Below the pieces are notes generated by a model. It was not told the DNA's origin, made no database searches, and saw nothing but the letters and a program-made list of their open reading frames with translations. A DNA stretch of 64,000 nt from Eledone cirrhosa. Its lineage: Eukaryota. The translations under genes were made by a program, and so were the position numbers. Positions within the stretch are counted from its first letter, which is position 1. Each line of letters opens with the position of its first letter. Positions 1 to 14,427 of this stretch are shown piece by piece. Location: NCBI GenBank assembly GCA_964016885.1, contig OZ024751.1:40796001-40860000 (forward strand), read 5' to 3'.

Positions 1-96
1 TAACCACCCCCACTACTACTACTACTACGGCTACGCAAGGGATTTGGTAAGCCTTGAATCCCTTTCGTCAGGGACACTGACCGGAGGCTTTGGTTA

Positions 97-879
97 AGGT
101 GGTGAAGGAGTGGTGGTGGTGGTGGCTGAGGAGGTGGTGGACGGAGTGGTGGTGGTGGTGGTGGACGGAGTGGTGGTGGTGGTGGTTGACGGAGTGGTGG
201 ACGGAGTGGTGGTGGTGGTGGTGGACGGAGTGGTGGTGGTGGTGGTTGAGGAGGGGGTGGACGGAGTGGTGGTGGTGGTGGTGGAAGGAGTGGTGGTGGT
301 GGTGGTTGAGGAGGTGGTGGACGGAGTGGGAGTGGTGGTAGTGGACGGAGTGGTGGTGGTGGTTGAGGAGGTGGTGGACGGAGTGGTGGTGGTGGTAGTG
401 GACGGAGTGGTGGTGGTGGTGGTTGAGGAGGTGGTGGACGGAGTGGTGGTGGTGGTGGTGGACGGAGTGGTGGTGGTGGTGGTTGAGGAGGTGGTGGACG
501 GAGTGGTGGTGGTGGTGGTGGTTGAGGAGGTGGTGGACGGAGTGGTGGTGGTGGTGGTGGACGGAGTGGTGGTGGTGGTGGTTGAGGAGGTGGTGGACAG
601 AGTGGTGGTGGTGGTGGTGGAGGGGGTGGACAGAGTGGTGGTGGTGGTGGTGGACGGAGTGGTGGTGGTGGTGGTTGACGGAGTGGTGGACGGAGTGGTG
701 GTGGTGGTGGTGGACGGAGTGGTGGTGGTGGTGGTTGAGGAGGTGGTGGACGGAGTGGTGGTGGTGGTGGTGGACGGAGTGGTGGTGGTGGTGGTTGAGG
801 AGGTGGTGGACGGAGTGGTGGTGGTGGTGGTGGACGGAGTGGTGGTGGTGGTGGTTGAGGAGGTGGTGGACGGAGTGGT
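97..879. repeat. (GTG)n-based compound minisatellite with GACGGA and GTTGAGGAG interruptions
   Basis: Direct reading. It produces the poly-V, poly-W and poly-T ORFs. Confidence 0.95.
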
Positions 880-979
880 ATGAAAACTATACCAAGAGGG
901 ACCAGTCCATATTGTGTTCGTTGCTGGTGTTAAAAACAACATCCATTTATAGATTTATGGGGGACATTTGACAATGCTC

Positions 980-1172
980 GTACATATACAGACACATACA
1001 CATACACACATACATATACATATAAATACATACACACACAAACACATATATACATAAACACATATATACATACACACACACCCACACACATATATATATT
1101 ATATAAATATATATATATATATAAATACATATACACACAAACACATATACACATAAACACATATATACACAT

Positions 1173-1207
<35 letters not shown>

Positions 1208-2665
1208 CATATACACACAAGCACATATGCACATAAATACATATACACATACATACATATATATATATATACACACACATGTACACACATATGCACACGC
1301 ATAAACACATAAACACATAAATACATATACACATAGACATACATACATATACACATAAACACATAAACACATAAATACATAAATACATGGACATAAATAC
1401 ATATACACATAAATACATAGACATAAACACATAGAAACAAAAAAAAAAAAAATATATATATATATAAATACATAAATACATAGACATAAATACATATACA
1501 CATAAATACATATACTCATAAACATATATATACATATATATAAATACATATACACACAAACACATAAACACATAAATACACATACACATAAATACATAAA
1601 TACATAGACATAAATACATAATATACACATAAATACATATATATAAACACTTATAAAGATAAAAATATATAAACACAATCATTTAAATACGTAGACATAT
1701 ATATATATATATATAAACAAACACATTTAAACACATGTAGAGAGAAACACACACATAAATATATATAGAAGCATATAGATCAACTTATACATATAAACAC
1801 GTGTATAGAAATATAGACATAAACACATAAACACATATTTAAACACATGTGGACAGAAGTACACAGATAGTATCACATAAATATGTCATAAACACAAACA
1901 TACACATTTGTAGATATATACATAAACACATAGATACATAGACCTAAACACATAGATATATATAGACATAAACATATATATAGACAAAAACATATAGATA
2001 TATAGACATAAACATATAGACATAAACTTATAGATATATAGACATAAACATATATACCTAAACACATAGATATATATAGACATAAACATATAGACATATA
2101 GACCTAAACACATAAATATATATAGACATAAACATATAGATATGTAGACATAAACACATAGATATATATAGACATAAACATATAGATATATATAGACATA
2201 AACATATAGATATGTAGACATAAACACATAGATATATATAGACATAAACATATAGATATATATAGACATAAACATATAGATATATATAGACATAAACACA
2301 TAGATATATAGACATAAACATATAGATATATAGACATAAACATATAGATATATAGACATAAACATATAGACATATAGACATAAACACATAGATATATATA
2401 GACATAAACATATAGACATATAGACCTAAACACATAGATATATATAGACATAAACATATAGACATATAGACATAAACACATAGATATATATAGACATAAA
2501 CATATAGACATATAGACATAAACATATAGATATATAGACATAAACATATAGATATATATATAGACATAAACACATAGATATATATAAACATAAACATATA
2601 GATATATAGACATAAACATATAGATATATATAGACATAAACACATAGATATATATAAACATATAC
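980..2665. repeat. Degenerate AC/AT microsatellite grading into an ACATATAG/ACATAAAC satellite
   Basis: Recurrent GACATAAACATATAGATATATA units. Confidence 0.95.
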
Positions 2666-3194
2666 ATGTATAACATAAACAGATAAGACCACTTAAACAC
2701 AGTCTTAAACACATAATCACATCGTCATTATCAGATACTGATATAAACATATATAGACATATATGAAACTCCATGTAGACATTAATACACACACACACAC
2801 ACACACACATTATACACAGAGTAACTAATTAGTACAGTGACATATATTTACTGTATATTTATTACATATGGAAACAAAAACCTCGCTGAAACTTAACGAG
2901 AGTTTCTCTCCTGTCCTATTTATTTATTCCCTAGCTTTCTAATGATATATATATATATATATATATTCCGTTGCTATACCATGTTTGTTTGTTTACTTGT
3001 CTCGCTTGCTTTACGCTATTTTACTTGACCCCATAGCTTTATTTAGCTATTGCTCGCACCAATTAGAGGTATATGATGTTTAAAGCGATCAAATACCAAT
3101 GAAAGTTGGAAAATCACTGATGAAGGACTAATTTTATGAAGGACTAATTTTAATCTGTTATTTTAATAAATATATATATATATAATATAATATA

Positions 3195-3227
<33 letters not shown>

Positions 3228-3231
<4 letters not shown>

Positions 3232-3299
3232 ATTGTTCCTGTAGATTCACCATATATATATATATATATATATATGGTGAATCTACAGGAACAATCCCT
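3228..3299. repeat. 24-bp perfect inverted repeat with a (TA)n centre and (TA)n flanks
   Basis: GGGATTGTTCCTGTAGATTCACCA-(TA)n-TGGTGAATCTACAGGAACAATCCC. Confidence 0.95.
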
Positions 3300-3311
3300 A
3301 TATATATATAT

Positions 3312-3750
3312 ATGACGATGTGATTATGTGTTTAAGACTGTGTTTAAATGGTCTTATCTCTTTATGTTATATATGTTTATGTTTATATATATCTATGTGT
3401 TTATGTCTATATATATCTATATGTTTATGTCTATATATCTATATGTTTATGTCTATATATATCTATGTGTTTATGTCTATATATCTATATGTTTATGTCT
3501 ATATATATCTATGTGTTTAGGTCTATATGTCTATATGTTTATGTCTATATATCTATATGTTTATGTCTATATATCTATATGTTTATGTCTATATATATCT
3601 ATGTGTTTATGTCTATATATCTATATGTTTATGTCTATATATATCTATGTGTTTAGGTCTATATGTCTATGTCTATATATCTATATGTTTATGTCTATAT
3701 ATCTATATGTTTATATCTATATATATCTATGTGTTTATGTCTATATATCT
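3312..3750 (-). repeat. Inverted local duplication of ~2290-2728 (satellite plus unique end) embedded between TA tracts
   Basis: ATGACGATGTGATTATGTGTTTAAGACTGTGTTTAAATGGTCTTATCT is the reverse complement of 2681-2728 apart from about one mismatch. Confidence 0.9.
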
Positions 3751-5219
3751 ATATATATATATAGTGTTTGTTTATATCCCGTTTACCTTCTAACACTATA
3801 TATATATATATATACACATATATATATATATATATATATATAATACGTCACCAACTTTTCAAAATGTCCAGTTCTCCTCCTACATTCTAACTTTCATTAA
3901 ACGGCATATCTTCTTTTTATTGCTGCTGTCAAAAATGTTAATTGAATTTCTCACACATTTTAAAGTAAGGTCAGCCAGTTACCATCATCTAACCAATAAT
4001 GATCTGACATTCTTCAACTCAACTTATTATTCAGATGTTGTTGTTATTGTTTTTTTAAAAAAAAAAAAAAAAAAAAAGAAATTATTTAATTAACTACAGC
4101 CAGATCCACTTGTCAGGTACGCTTATTCATAATTATTAATTTTTCATTTTATTTTCTTCTATTCTTTATTTTTATTTTCATTTTTATTTTTATTATTTAT
4201 TTATTCGTTTAGTTTTCTTAAGAAAAATATAAAAAAAAAAGTAATGATACTAATAGTGGTTGAAACAGTTTTACAACTGACCTATATACTTTAAGCTGTG
4301 GAGCACCGGGTTGTAGTTTTGATGCAATACAGCTCAAACTATAAAATAAAAAAATTAAAAAATGCCCAACTAAAAACAAAATAAAACAAAACAAAAAATG
4401 TATTATTATTTGTAGGGAAAGGTAAGTCATTTATATTGACCCCAGTATATGATTGGTACTTCCTGTAGTTCACTGAAGTTAAATGATATTAGTAATAGTG
4501 TAAAAAATAAAGTCTGTGTATTAATCCGTGGAATTAATCTGTGGAAAATATCTTCACCGTTCAAGGCATGCACTTTTTTTTTCAAGATAGAGAAGAGAGA
4601 ATGTAAGAAAAAGGAAAAAGAAGAACCCATTTGTTGCTTCAAGGAGTCATGAGGTAGGATTGCAAATCAAAGTTGATCCTTGTAAGATACGATCTCAGAA
4701 GAGTGAAACACCAAACTAAGTTACTCCAAAGGATTTTATCTGGCGTTCTATTGATTTTTTCCTCGCCATTTTACCTACTAAATATTGATTTCTTATTAAG
4801 AAACAAAACAAAATACTCAAGAAGAAATGTGCAGTTGATTGAATCGATTCAGTACCTATATGACTGTTAGTTCAATGTTCGGAGACGGGGTGGAAATGAT
4901 TAAAAAAAGAAAGAAAGAAAAGGTAAAGAGAAAAAAAACTACAAAAAAACCACAACAACAAAACAACAGCAACATAAACTGAACTTCAAGTTCAAATAAA
5001 CAATACAAAATCAATTCTAAGCATTCTAAGTATCACAAAAGTCAAGGAATCAATTAGTTAAGTTCACGAAAGCATGTCTAGGTCTGAAACATTAAAAGTT
5101 GAGCTTGAACAAGATAATAGGTAAATAAGCCCCAAAATAACAATAGTTGTGTGAGTTATAACAATGTTTATCGATCCTCGTATTGGTATTTTCTGGATTA
5201 TTTAAATTCTGGATAACAA

Positions 5220-5696
5220 TACTTCAAGTGGTGTTATTACTGCAAAATTTACCTCAGGTATTACTGCAAACTTTACCTCAGATGTTATTACTGCGAACTT
5301 TACCTCAGGTGGTTTTATTGCTGCAACTTTACCTCAGTGTTATTGCAAACGATACCTCAGGTGTTACTGCAAACTTTACCTCAGGTATTACTGCAAAATT
5401 TACCTCAGGTGTTACTGCAAACTTTACCTCAGATGTTATTACTGCGAACTTTACCTCAGGTGGTTTTATTGCTGCAAACTTTACCTCAGGTGTTATTGCA
5501 AATGATACCTCAGGTGTTATTGCAAACTTTATCTCAGGTATTACTGTAAAATTTACCTCAGGTGTTATTGCGAATTTTACCTCAGGTGTTACTGCAAATT
5601 TTACCTCAGGTGTTACTGCAAACTTTACCTCAGGTGTTATTGCAAACGGTACCTCAGGTGTTACTGCAAACTTTACCTCAGGTGTTACTGCAAACT
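5220..5696. repeat. 24/27-bp minisatellite (TTTACCTCAGGTGTTACTGCAAAC)
   Basis: About 18 units read directly. Confidence 0.95.
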
Positions 5697-5914
5697 GCTT
5701 CTGTGACAGGCTAAACTTAGTGAGGGACTGAACGCTTGAAGATGAAAACTGTCAAACATTTCTAAGGCCCACTGAAATGCTATAAAGGTCACACTGTGAC
5801 ACTCCAACGACGGCAACTTTATTGAATTAATGGGTCCTATGTTTATCTTTATATAATTTATCAACGTCCTTACAGAAATTGCCGTATATAACACTTCTTG
5901 TCGATAGATTGAAT

Positions 5915-6168
5915 CGAATAGATCGATCAACAAGATCCCAGCCCTCATTCACTTAGCGAGTGGGGTGGAACTTGTCAAAAACAAACAAAAAAAGTTTTCC
6001 TTGGTCTTTCCATTGCTGAGACTATCTACCTGTCGTAACTCCTGACTGAAGGAGCAACATGAAATAAAGTGTCTTGATCAAGGATAGAACACATCGCCCA
6101 ATCCAGGAATCGAACTTGAAACCTCATGATTGCAAATCCGATTCTTTAACCACTGAATCACGCACTTT
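5915..6168 (-). mobile_element. tRNA-derived SINE family B, diverged
   Basis: GGAATCGAAC (reverse-complement B-box) and AAAGTGTCTTGATCAAGGA core. Homologous to 20915-21395. Confidence 0.7.
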
Positions 6169-6458
6169 GTACTCTTCTTCTGACAATTATAAATGAGACG
6201 AAAGACAATTAACTACCATAAAGTTAGTTTAGTGAAATTCTTTAACTTTTCAGCTCACGTTTAAAGAAGATTATAGTAATTTGGTATTGCTCTATCGGTA
6301 ATTGGTACACTAATGCTATGTTTGTCCTAGTCTTGGTCATTTAGTATCAACGACATTATCTCTATCTATAAATTATTTCAACTTTGCACCTTCGATTAAT
6401 TATCGAAGCAACTTTTAAATGTTTCAGATATTTTCTTTTTATGGATGAGACAGTTGTA

Positions 6459-6949
6459 TAGAAGGGTCGACAGAAAAGTTCATAATTAGACTAAGATACT
6501 CTCATGGACTGATCAAATGAGGTTTATTTTTCAACATAGTCCCTAGAAAGAAACAATATAGTTATTATTAATAAGAAGAGTTGAAATTAATGCATGCAAG
6601 ATTTCACAACTCTAGCATCATTCCTTCATAGGTTGACCAAAATATTCTCATGAAATGACCAAATGAGGTTTATTTTTCAACATAGTTCCCAGAAAGAAAC
6701 AATGCAGTTATTAATAAGAAGAGATGAAATTAATGCATGCAAGATTTCACAGCTCTAGCATCACTCCTCGATAAGCTGAACAAGATACTCTCATGAAATG
6801 ACCAAATGAGGTTTATTTTTCAACATAGTCCCCGGAAAGAAACAATGCAGTTATTAATAAGATGGGTTGAAATTAATGCATACAAGATTTCACAGCTCTA
6901 GCACCACTCCTTCACAGTCAGCCTATGAACTTTTTAACCAAACCTCGTA
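6459..6949 (+). mobile_element. Mariner-type MITE with 3 internal ~143-bp tandem units
   Basis: Degenerate TIRs of consensus TA-CGAGGGTCGGCTGAAAAGTTCATAGGCTGAC ... GTCAGCCTATGAACTTTTCAGCCGACCCTCG-TA. Confidence 0.85.
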
Positions 6950-7372
6950 CAGTGAATTTAGTTATAAGGTGTACATTTAATGTTTAAGGGATTTAACCTA
7001 GGAAGTATCTCACGTTAAGGATCAATGAAAACACAATAGATCGATGTATTAACATCGATATAATGGAACTAGAGCTAGTTTAACACTCCCACCCCACCCC
7101 ACCCCACCCCACCCCACACTCACCGTAAACAGATGGAAGTCAATTGTCAAATGATGTTGAGAAACTATACTGTCATCATCTACAATAACAGTGAATGCCA
7201 CACAAATGTTTTCTCACCATAAACTATCTACATGAAAGAAGCAACATTAAGAAAATCACCATTAAAACTTTGTTGTACGCTTGCATTTATTGCAAATATA
7301 ACACATAAAGTGTATATATATATATATATATATATATACGTATTGCAAATATATACGAATATATTCACAAGG

Positions 7373-7435
<63 letters not shown>

Positions 7436-7465
7436 CAAATATAGTCGTATACATTCACAAGTTGA

Positions 7466-7513
<48 letters not shown>

Positions 7514-7792
7514 CACAAAGTGAGTGTGTAATTTGTGTGTCAATGTTATATAAACTATGTTGTTCTGAATATTATGCCGATGATTTATTTTCTTATGTCA
7601 ACCATTCTCAAGTTCCAACACATCATGCTTATGATCGATAACTTATAAATCACCCATGCATTGCAACAAATGCTTCTCTATGCATTTCGATCTTTTGGTA
7701 ATTTTTCAACTTCATCCTGTTGCATATGCAAAAATAAATTATTCATTGTAGCCTTGATGCCTTCACAATATTTTCAGAGTATTCAAATCAAT

Positions 7793-9103
7793 CAGTGGAA
7801 CGACACAGGGAAACCATGCAGTTGAACTACACTTCTCAAAACATTACATAGATGAACCGTTCTTCTCAAAACATTGCTCAGTGGAACGACACAGGGAAAC
7901 AATACAGTTGAACTACACTTCTCAAAACATTACATAGATGAACCGTTCTTCCCAAAACATTGCTCAGTGGAACGACACAGGGAAACCATACAGTTGAACT
8001 ACACTTCTCAAAACATTACATAGATGAACCGTTCTTCCCAAAACATTGCTCAGTGGAACGACACAGGGAAACCATACAGTTGAACTACACTTCTCAAAAC
8101 ATTACATAGATGAACCGTTCTTCCCAAAACATTGCTCAGTGGAACGACACAGGGAAACCATACAGTTGAACTACACTTCTCAAAACATTACATAGATGAA
8201 CCGTTCTTCCCAAAACATTGCTCAGTGGAACGACACAGGGAAACCATACAGTTGAACTACACTTCTCAAAACATTACATAGATGAACCGTTCTTCCCAAA
8301 ACATTGCTCAGTGGAACGACACAAGAAAACCATACAGTTGAACTACACTTCTCAAAACATTACATAGATGAACCGTTCTTCTCAAAACATTGCTCAGTGG
8401 AACGACACAGGGAAACCATACAGTTGAACTACACTTCTCAAAACATTACATAGATGAACCGTTCTTCCCAAAACATTGCTCAGTGGAACGACACAGGGAA
8501 ACCATACAGTTGAACTACACTTCTCAAAACATTACATAGATGAACCGTTCTTCCCAAAACATTGCTCAGTGGAACGACACAGGGAAACCATACAGTTGAA
8601 CTACACTTCTCAAAACATTACATAGATGAACCGTTCTTCCCAAAACATTGCTCAGTGGAACGACACAGGGAAACCATACAGTTGAACTACACTTCTCAAA
8701 ACATTACATAGATGAACCGTTCTTCCCAAAACATTGCTCAGTGGAACGACACAAGAAAACCATACAGTTGAACTACACTTCTCAAAACATTACATAGATG
8801 AACCGTTCTTCTCAAAACATTGCTCAGTGGAACGACACAGGGAAACCATACAGTTGAACTACACTTCTCAAAACATTACATAGATGAACCGTTCTTCCCA
8901 AAACATTGCTCAGTGGAACGACACAGGGAAACCATACAGTTGAACTACACTTCTCAAAACATTACATAGATGAACCGTTCTTCTCAAAACATTGCTCAGT
9001 GGAACGACACAGGGAAACCATACAGTTGAACTACACTTCTCAAAACATTACATAGATGAACCGTTCTTCTCAAAACATTGCTCAGTGGAACGACACAGGG
9101 AAA
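7793..9103. repeat. 86-bp tandem repeat, 15.25 near-identical copies
   Basis: CAGTGGAACGACACAGGGAAA recurs every 86 bp from 7793 to 9083. There are no variable spacers. Confidence 0.97.
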
Positions 9104-10527
9104 GTTTTTTTGACGTCTGCCACTGAATTGATGATTTGCTGTTAGTCATCGGAACGGAGTAGCTTTGAATATTTTAAATGAATACTTTACTTCTACAACG
9201 TTTGGTTATTAAAAGATTATATATATCTCGGTTGATTTCGTATGTCAGAGCACTATTTTGATTATTATTAATATTTATATTATGAATCCTGTACTCGCTA
9301 TAAATATGATTGCCTTGTCATTATGGTTGATGCTTTTAAATATTATTTCATAACTGTCCTTTATGGATTGACGATCTTGAAAGCTTTGAATAGTTAAACA
9401 AATTATTATATATTGTACAGCATAGATATTTTTTATTTTTCATATGAAATGTTGTTTTATCAGATATCGACATTTTAATTCTTGTAATTCACTCCGTGTG
9501 CAGTCATGGGTGTATGGTCAAGAAGTTCACTTCACAAGCACATTGTAAATTATTCAGCAAATAAACACAAGAAAAGGTCAGTAGCAGAGTTGAACTCATT
9601 ACCCTGTAGTTTATTTCCTATCTTAACCAATCGATCACTAACTCTACACTGACTAATAGAGGATTATATGAAAGAGTATATAATATGTTTCTGTATAAGT
9701 CTCGTTGTGGGTGTTTTAAACTGTGATTATGTCACAGCTGCCTCAGTGAAATAAATATGTTTTATAGTAAAAATATGATTATGCTAAAAATAAAAGAAAA
9801 ATTAGATGAGCAACTGAATAGAGAAATATAAAAATAGATTGATGAAACTATTCAGTGATTAAGAACTTAATACATCAATCATGAATGTAAAGTTAGTCCT
9901 AAAGACAAAAATACATATGACCAATTAGATAGTAAAATATTTCGAATATAATGTTCAGTCATATTCATGTTTAATAATGAAAATATTTATGAGCCATTAA
10001 AAAAAATTTAATCTGATTTAACGACTCGCATTGTTGTAACATTATATTTTCCATAACTTCACTAGAATGTCCAGTTTAATAGAACAAAACCAGTCAAAAC
10101 CTCTATTTGAATATAAACACACACAAAAAGAAATCTCTACTATTTTATAGCGAATTTGATATTATCAAATAAATGAGTATCTCTTTTTTTTTTTTTAGCT
10201 ACAACTGTTACAAGTCTAAGCGTTAAATAATTTATAATGTAGCATTTAAGTAGTTGTTTTGAAGATAAACAATAGAATCAAAAACTTTAGATTAAACATT
10301 ACTAATGCTTATGATTGTATCAGATTAAAAATACCTGATTAATTTCAAAATGGAGAAGATATTAACAAAGCAAATAAAGTAATGTTTCATATAAAACATT
10401 TAATATGTTCAAAGCTTTTCTGAATTTTAAATTCTTTATTAGTGATTTCAAATATTTGTTTTATCAATTCATTTGTAAAGTTAGATGAAAAGTAGTTTAA
10501 TCAATTATAAACATTATAGTAGAAGTA

Positions 10528-10665
<138 letters not shown>

Positions 10666-12034
10666 CATCTGTGTAAAAAAAGGTTGAATGATGTATCACT
10701 TAAGTCAATATCAGTGACATTACTCAGTGTCGAAAATACTATTCTATTGAACTTATCTATATGTTATTCTAAAGTGATTGTTTAATAGATTGGCAAATAA
10801 TATCAGTAATGGAAAGACTGATGGAAAGACCAATGTAAAGATCAATGGAAAGACCAATGGAAAGTAGATAGATGATGTTCCTTATTTATAACTCTATCGT
10901 CACAAACAACAAACAAGACACAGAGTCTGCCCCATCGTTCTACCAGGTCCTAATCGAACTCTTTAAAATATTGCTTTATGAGTAAATTGATTTTGAAGTA
11001 CAAAAACAAAAGAGAAAGAGAGAATATCAAAATTTCATATGAAATTCTGAATGAAGTAGCATTCTTTAATAACAAAAATATACAACAATAGTTTTGTGGA
11101 AAAATTGAAATAGTTGCACCTCAAAAAAATTCACATCACAGAGCCTCCTGTGATTTTAAGATGACAAAAAAAAAAAAAAAAAAAATGAAATTAAGGTGAC
11201 AATGTATCTAAACGAGATTTTGGGTATTAATGTTCATAAACAAGAGATGAAACCAGAATGATTATCATCACACACGGTGGCACTTGTAGTTTAATTTACT
11301 GTAAAGATAATCCCTTTGAAAAGAAAAACAAATCAAGAACACTCAAGAAATAACATGCTTCGGTTCGGTCTTAACTTCAGTTGTTACAAGCATCATCAAA
11401 ATCGTATAAATTCTCAGGATATTTTAATAAATGGCCTTATTCTTATTTCTTGTTCGTTAGATCATTTGTTCAAGCAACTAATCTCTCTATCACATTAAAT
11501 CTTCGTTCAGGTTATTTCTTGTCCATGTTCATATTTTCTAGATTGTTCTTTTGTCTTCTGTCGACAGTCTTTCTGAGCTTGTAAATTTAGTTTCACCTGA
11601 AACTAAGTCTTTTATATCCCCCCCCCCCAGCCTCTTATTCAAAACAGTAATAAGTAATCTATTGTACTATGTATTGTGAACGTGTCTTCTATTTAAAGTA
11701 TGTATGTATGGGTGTAGGATGGAGATATGGAGGGAGGGGTGTATTCCCCACCTTCAACAGACAATATACAGCTTGAACATAATACAATAAAAAAATGTAA
11801 CTAGCCAAAGTGTTTCAAATATTGTTTGATTCTCATCCGAGATAGAATAACATTTGATCTGCCGATACAGAGAAATGTAGCTAATGACTATATATAGGCA
11901 CAAAATAAAGTGAGTTCGTTCAACCGATAGGCACGATATATATATATATATATATATATTCTATATTATATATACATGTGTGTGTGTGTGAACGTGTGTG
12001 TGTATATATATATATATATATAATGTGTATGTGA

Positions 12035-12088
<54 letters not shown>

Positions 12089-12306
12089 ATGTGTGTGTGT
12101 GTGTGTGTGGGTGTGTGTGTATGTGTGTGATTATATGTATGCATGTAAGTGTGTGTATAAATGGCAAAAAGACTAGAACAGAAAAATTGACAGACGTAAA
12201 GCTGGAAACTTTGTCTCTCAACGTTCCATCCTTTACAATTTTGACATTTTTCTAAGATAAATATTATATGTATTTTATTCCATACATATTTTCGTATATA
12301 TCTATC

Positions 12307-12337
<31 letters not shown>

Positions 12338-13242
12338 TTATATTTTTATATACATACTTTCCTATTTATACACCTATTTTTCAAATTTCTATAATATTTT
12401 TGTTTATATCTTTATGGCATATTTTTTGTTTATATTTGAAGAAGAATAACGAATGATTTAAATTTCTGTAAAGACAGAGTTTTTAGACAACATATATATT
12501 TATTACAATTATTTAGCCTTTTCACATTGATAAAAACCAAAACTATTATTGGCTGCCAATGTTTTTATATCTATAAGATAGACAGCTTGTTAGGTGATGT
12601 GTATATTTCTTTTAGAGAGAATTATATTGCTTCATTTACAGTACGTCAGTTTGAAGATTTGCAGTAAAAAATAAAATATATATATATGAATGTTAACCTT
12701 AAAATTAATGTATTTCATATATTTCTTTTACTTTTGAGTTCTACAATTTGTCATGTTTCACATTCTGTGAAAAAGAGAAATAACACATTCAACTATATCT
12801 TACAATTATATATGCAAACTTGGATTTTTACCCTTTGAACACCATATAACAACACTACAACTGTACGGACCAAATACCACCTTCTGTCTTACACAATGTC
12901 AGGACATATTAAATTTTGTTGTCCTAGATATTAAAAAAAACGAAAACGGTGGAATTATCACGGTGTAAATCTTTATCGTAGGCTTGCTTTATTAAGACCG
13001 ACATGGGGCTGAACAACGTATATGGAAAAAAACATGGAAATCGAATTAAGGAAACAATATTTCCATTGGTCTTTCCATTGCTGATATTATCTGCCGATCG
13101 GAAATTCCGACAGAAGTGTCGCCACCTTTCTGGTGACAAGAGACGCAATGAAATTGAACTCAGAACACACAGAGGCGGATCAGATACTGCAAGGCATCTG
13201 GTCAGATTCTTTATCAATGTCGCCATTTAAAATATACCTTAA

Positions 13243-13375
13243 ACTGGTACTTTATTTATCGACTCCGAAAGGATGAAAGACAAAGTGGACTTCGGTGGGG
13301 TTTGAACCTACACCATAGTAAGCCGGAACAAGTAACAAAGAATTTAATCCAAGTCTTAAACGACTCGGCCGAACT
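13243..13375 (-). mobile_element. SINE family A, diverged copy
   Basis: CTGGTACTTTATTTATCGACTCCGAAAGGATGAAAGAC, the reverse complement of the core. Confidence 0.75.
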
Positions 13376-13742
13376 TTTGTGGCAAAATAATTGTTTATGT
13401 ACTTCAAATATCAGATGTATATCCCGGAAAAAATTGTATATTTCCTCAATAAAATGATAAACAACTCGTCTTAGAGAAGGCCATAAAGTATCTAGTTTAT
13501 CAGACACTGTGTCTATCTTCACCTTGCCCTCTTTTACTCTAAGTTATGGCAGAAGTCAGGGGTTCAACGGACTTGTTTGAAACTTATTTCGGAATCTTGG
13601 AGGACAGTTTTTGATTTCGAGCCGTAAATAATGTGCCAAACACAATTCCATACTGTACTGAAAATGTCATAAATAATACATTCCATTAGTCATTCCAATA
13701 CGCGCCCAGATAAAATCGATAATATATACATGTGTGTGTGTG

Positions 13743-13854
<112 letters not shown>

Positions 13855-13971
13855 CACACACACACAATCCGTGTCTCAAGGTGGAATCGTGGGGCACCGT
13901 AGTGAGAAAGAGATATTGAGGAAGAATCGATTCCAGTCCTGGACTGGTACTATTTTTATCGATCTCGAAAG

Positions 13972-14070
13972 GTCCCTCCAAAAATGTATACGCACTTTTA
14001 TTACCTGTACAGGCAATATTTATTAGAATGCTGTTGAAGTGTGTATACATTTTTAGGGGGACACCCTATA
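13972..14070. mobile_element. Small Tc1/mariner-like MITE, left TIR clipped by a SINE fragment
   Basis: GTCCCTCCAAAAATGTATACGCACTT ... AAGTGTGTATACATTTTTAGGGGGACACCCTATA inverted ends. Confidence 0.7.
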
Positions 14071-14427
14071 TATATATAAAGTAGGTCCAGAGTTGAGTCG
14101 GGGGTAACCACAGTAAATAAGGTACTCAATACATGTTTAGAGTAAAAACAGGAGATTCTATAGAAACTCCATTTATATGGAAAGAGAGAGAGAGATGCTT
14201 CTTGTTGGTGAAAAAAAAATCAAACCAGCAATGATATATATATATTCGTGTATGTTTCTATCTGTTACCATAACAATTAAACACTAATATTATAATACAG
14301 CAGAAATGATAGTCTATACTTTTTATATCTTCCAAAATTTCACTAACCAAATGCTCTGCTATAATATGCTTCACATTTATTCAATAGTTTTTTATTTATA
14401 GACAAGAATTTCTTTAAGAGATAGATT

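Noticed and set aside
94-942. 282-aa mucin-like Thr/Ser/Pro ORF
   Set aside because: It is a trinucleotide-derived repeat open in several frames, with no signal peptide or exon support.
7793-9103. CRISPR-like array (also 17379-17902)
   Set aside because: Whole units are identical with no unique spacers or cas genes, and the context is eukaryotic.
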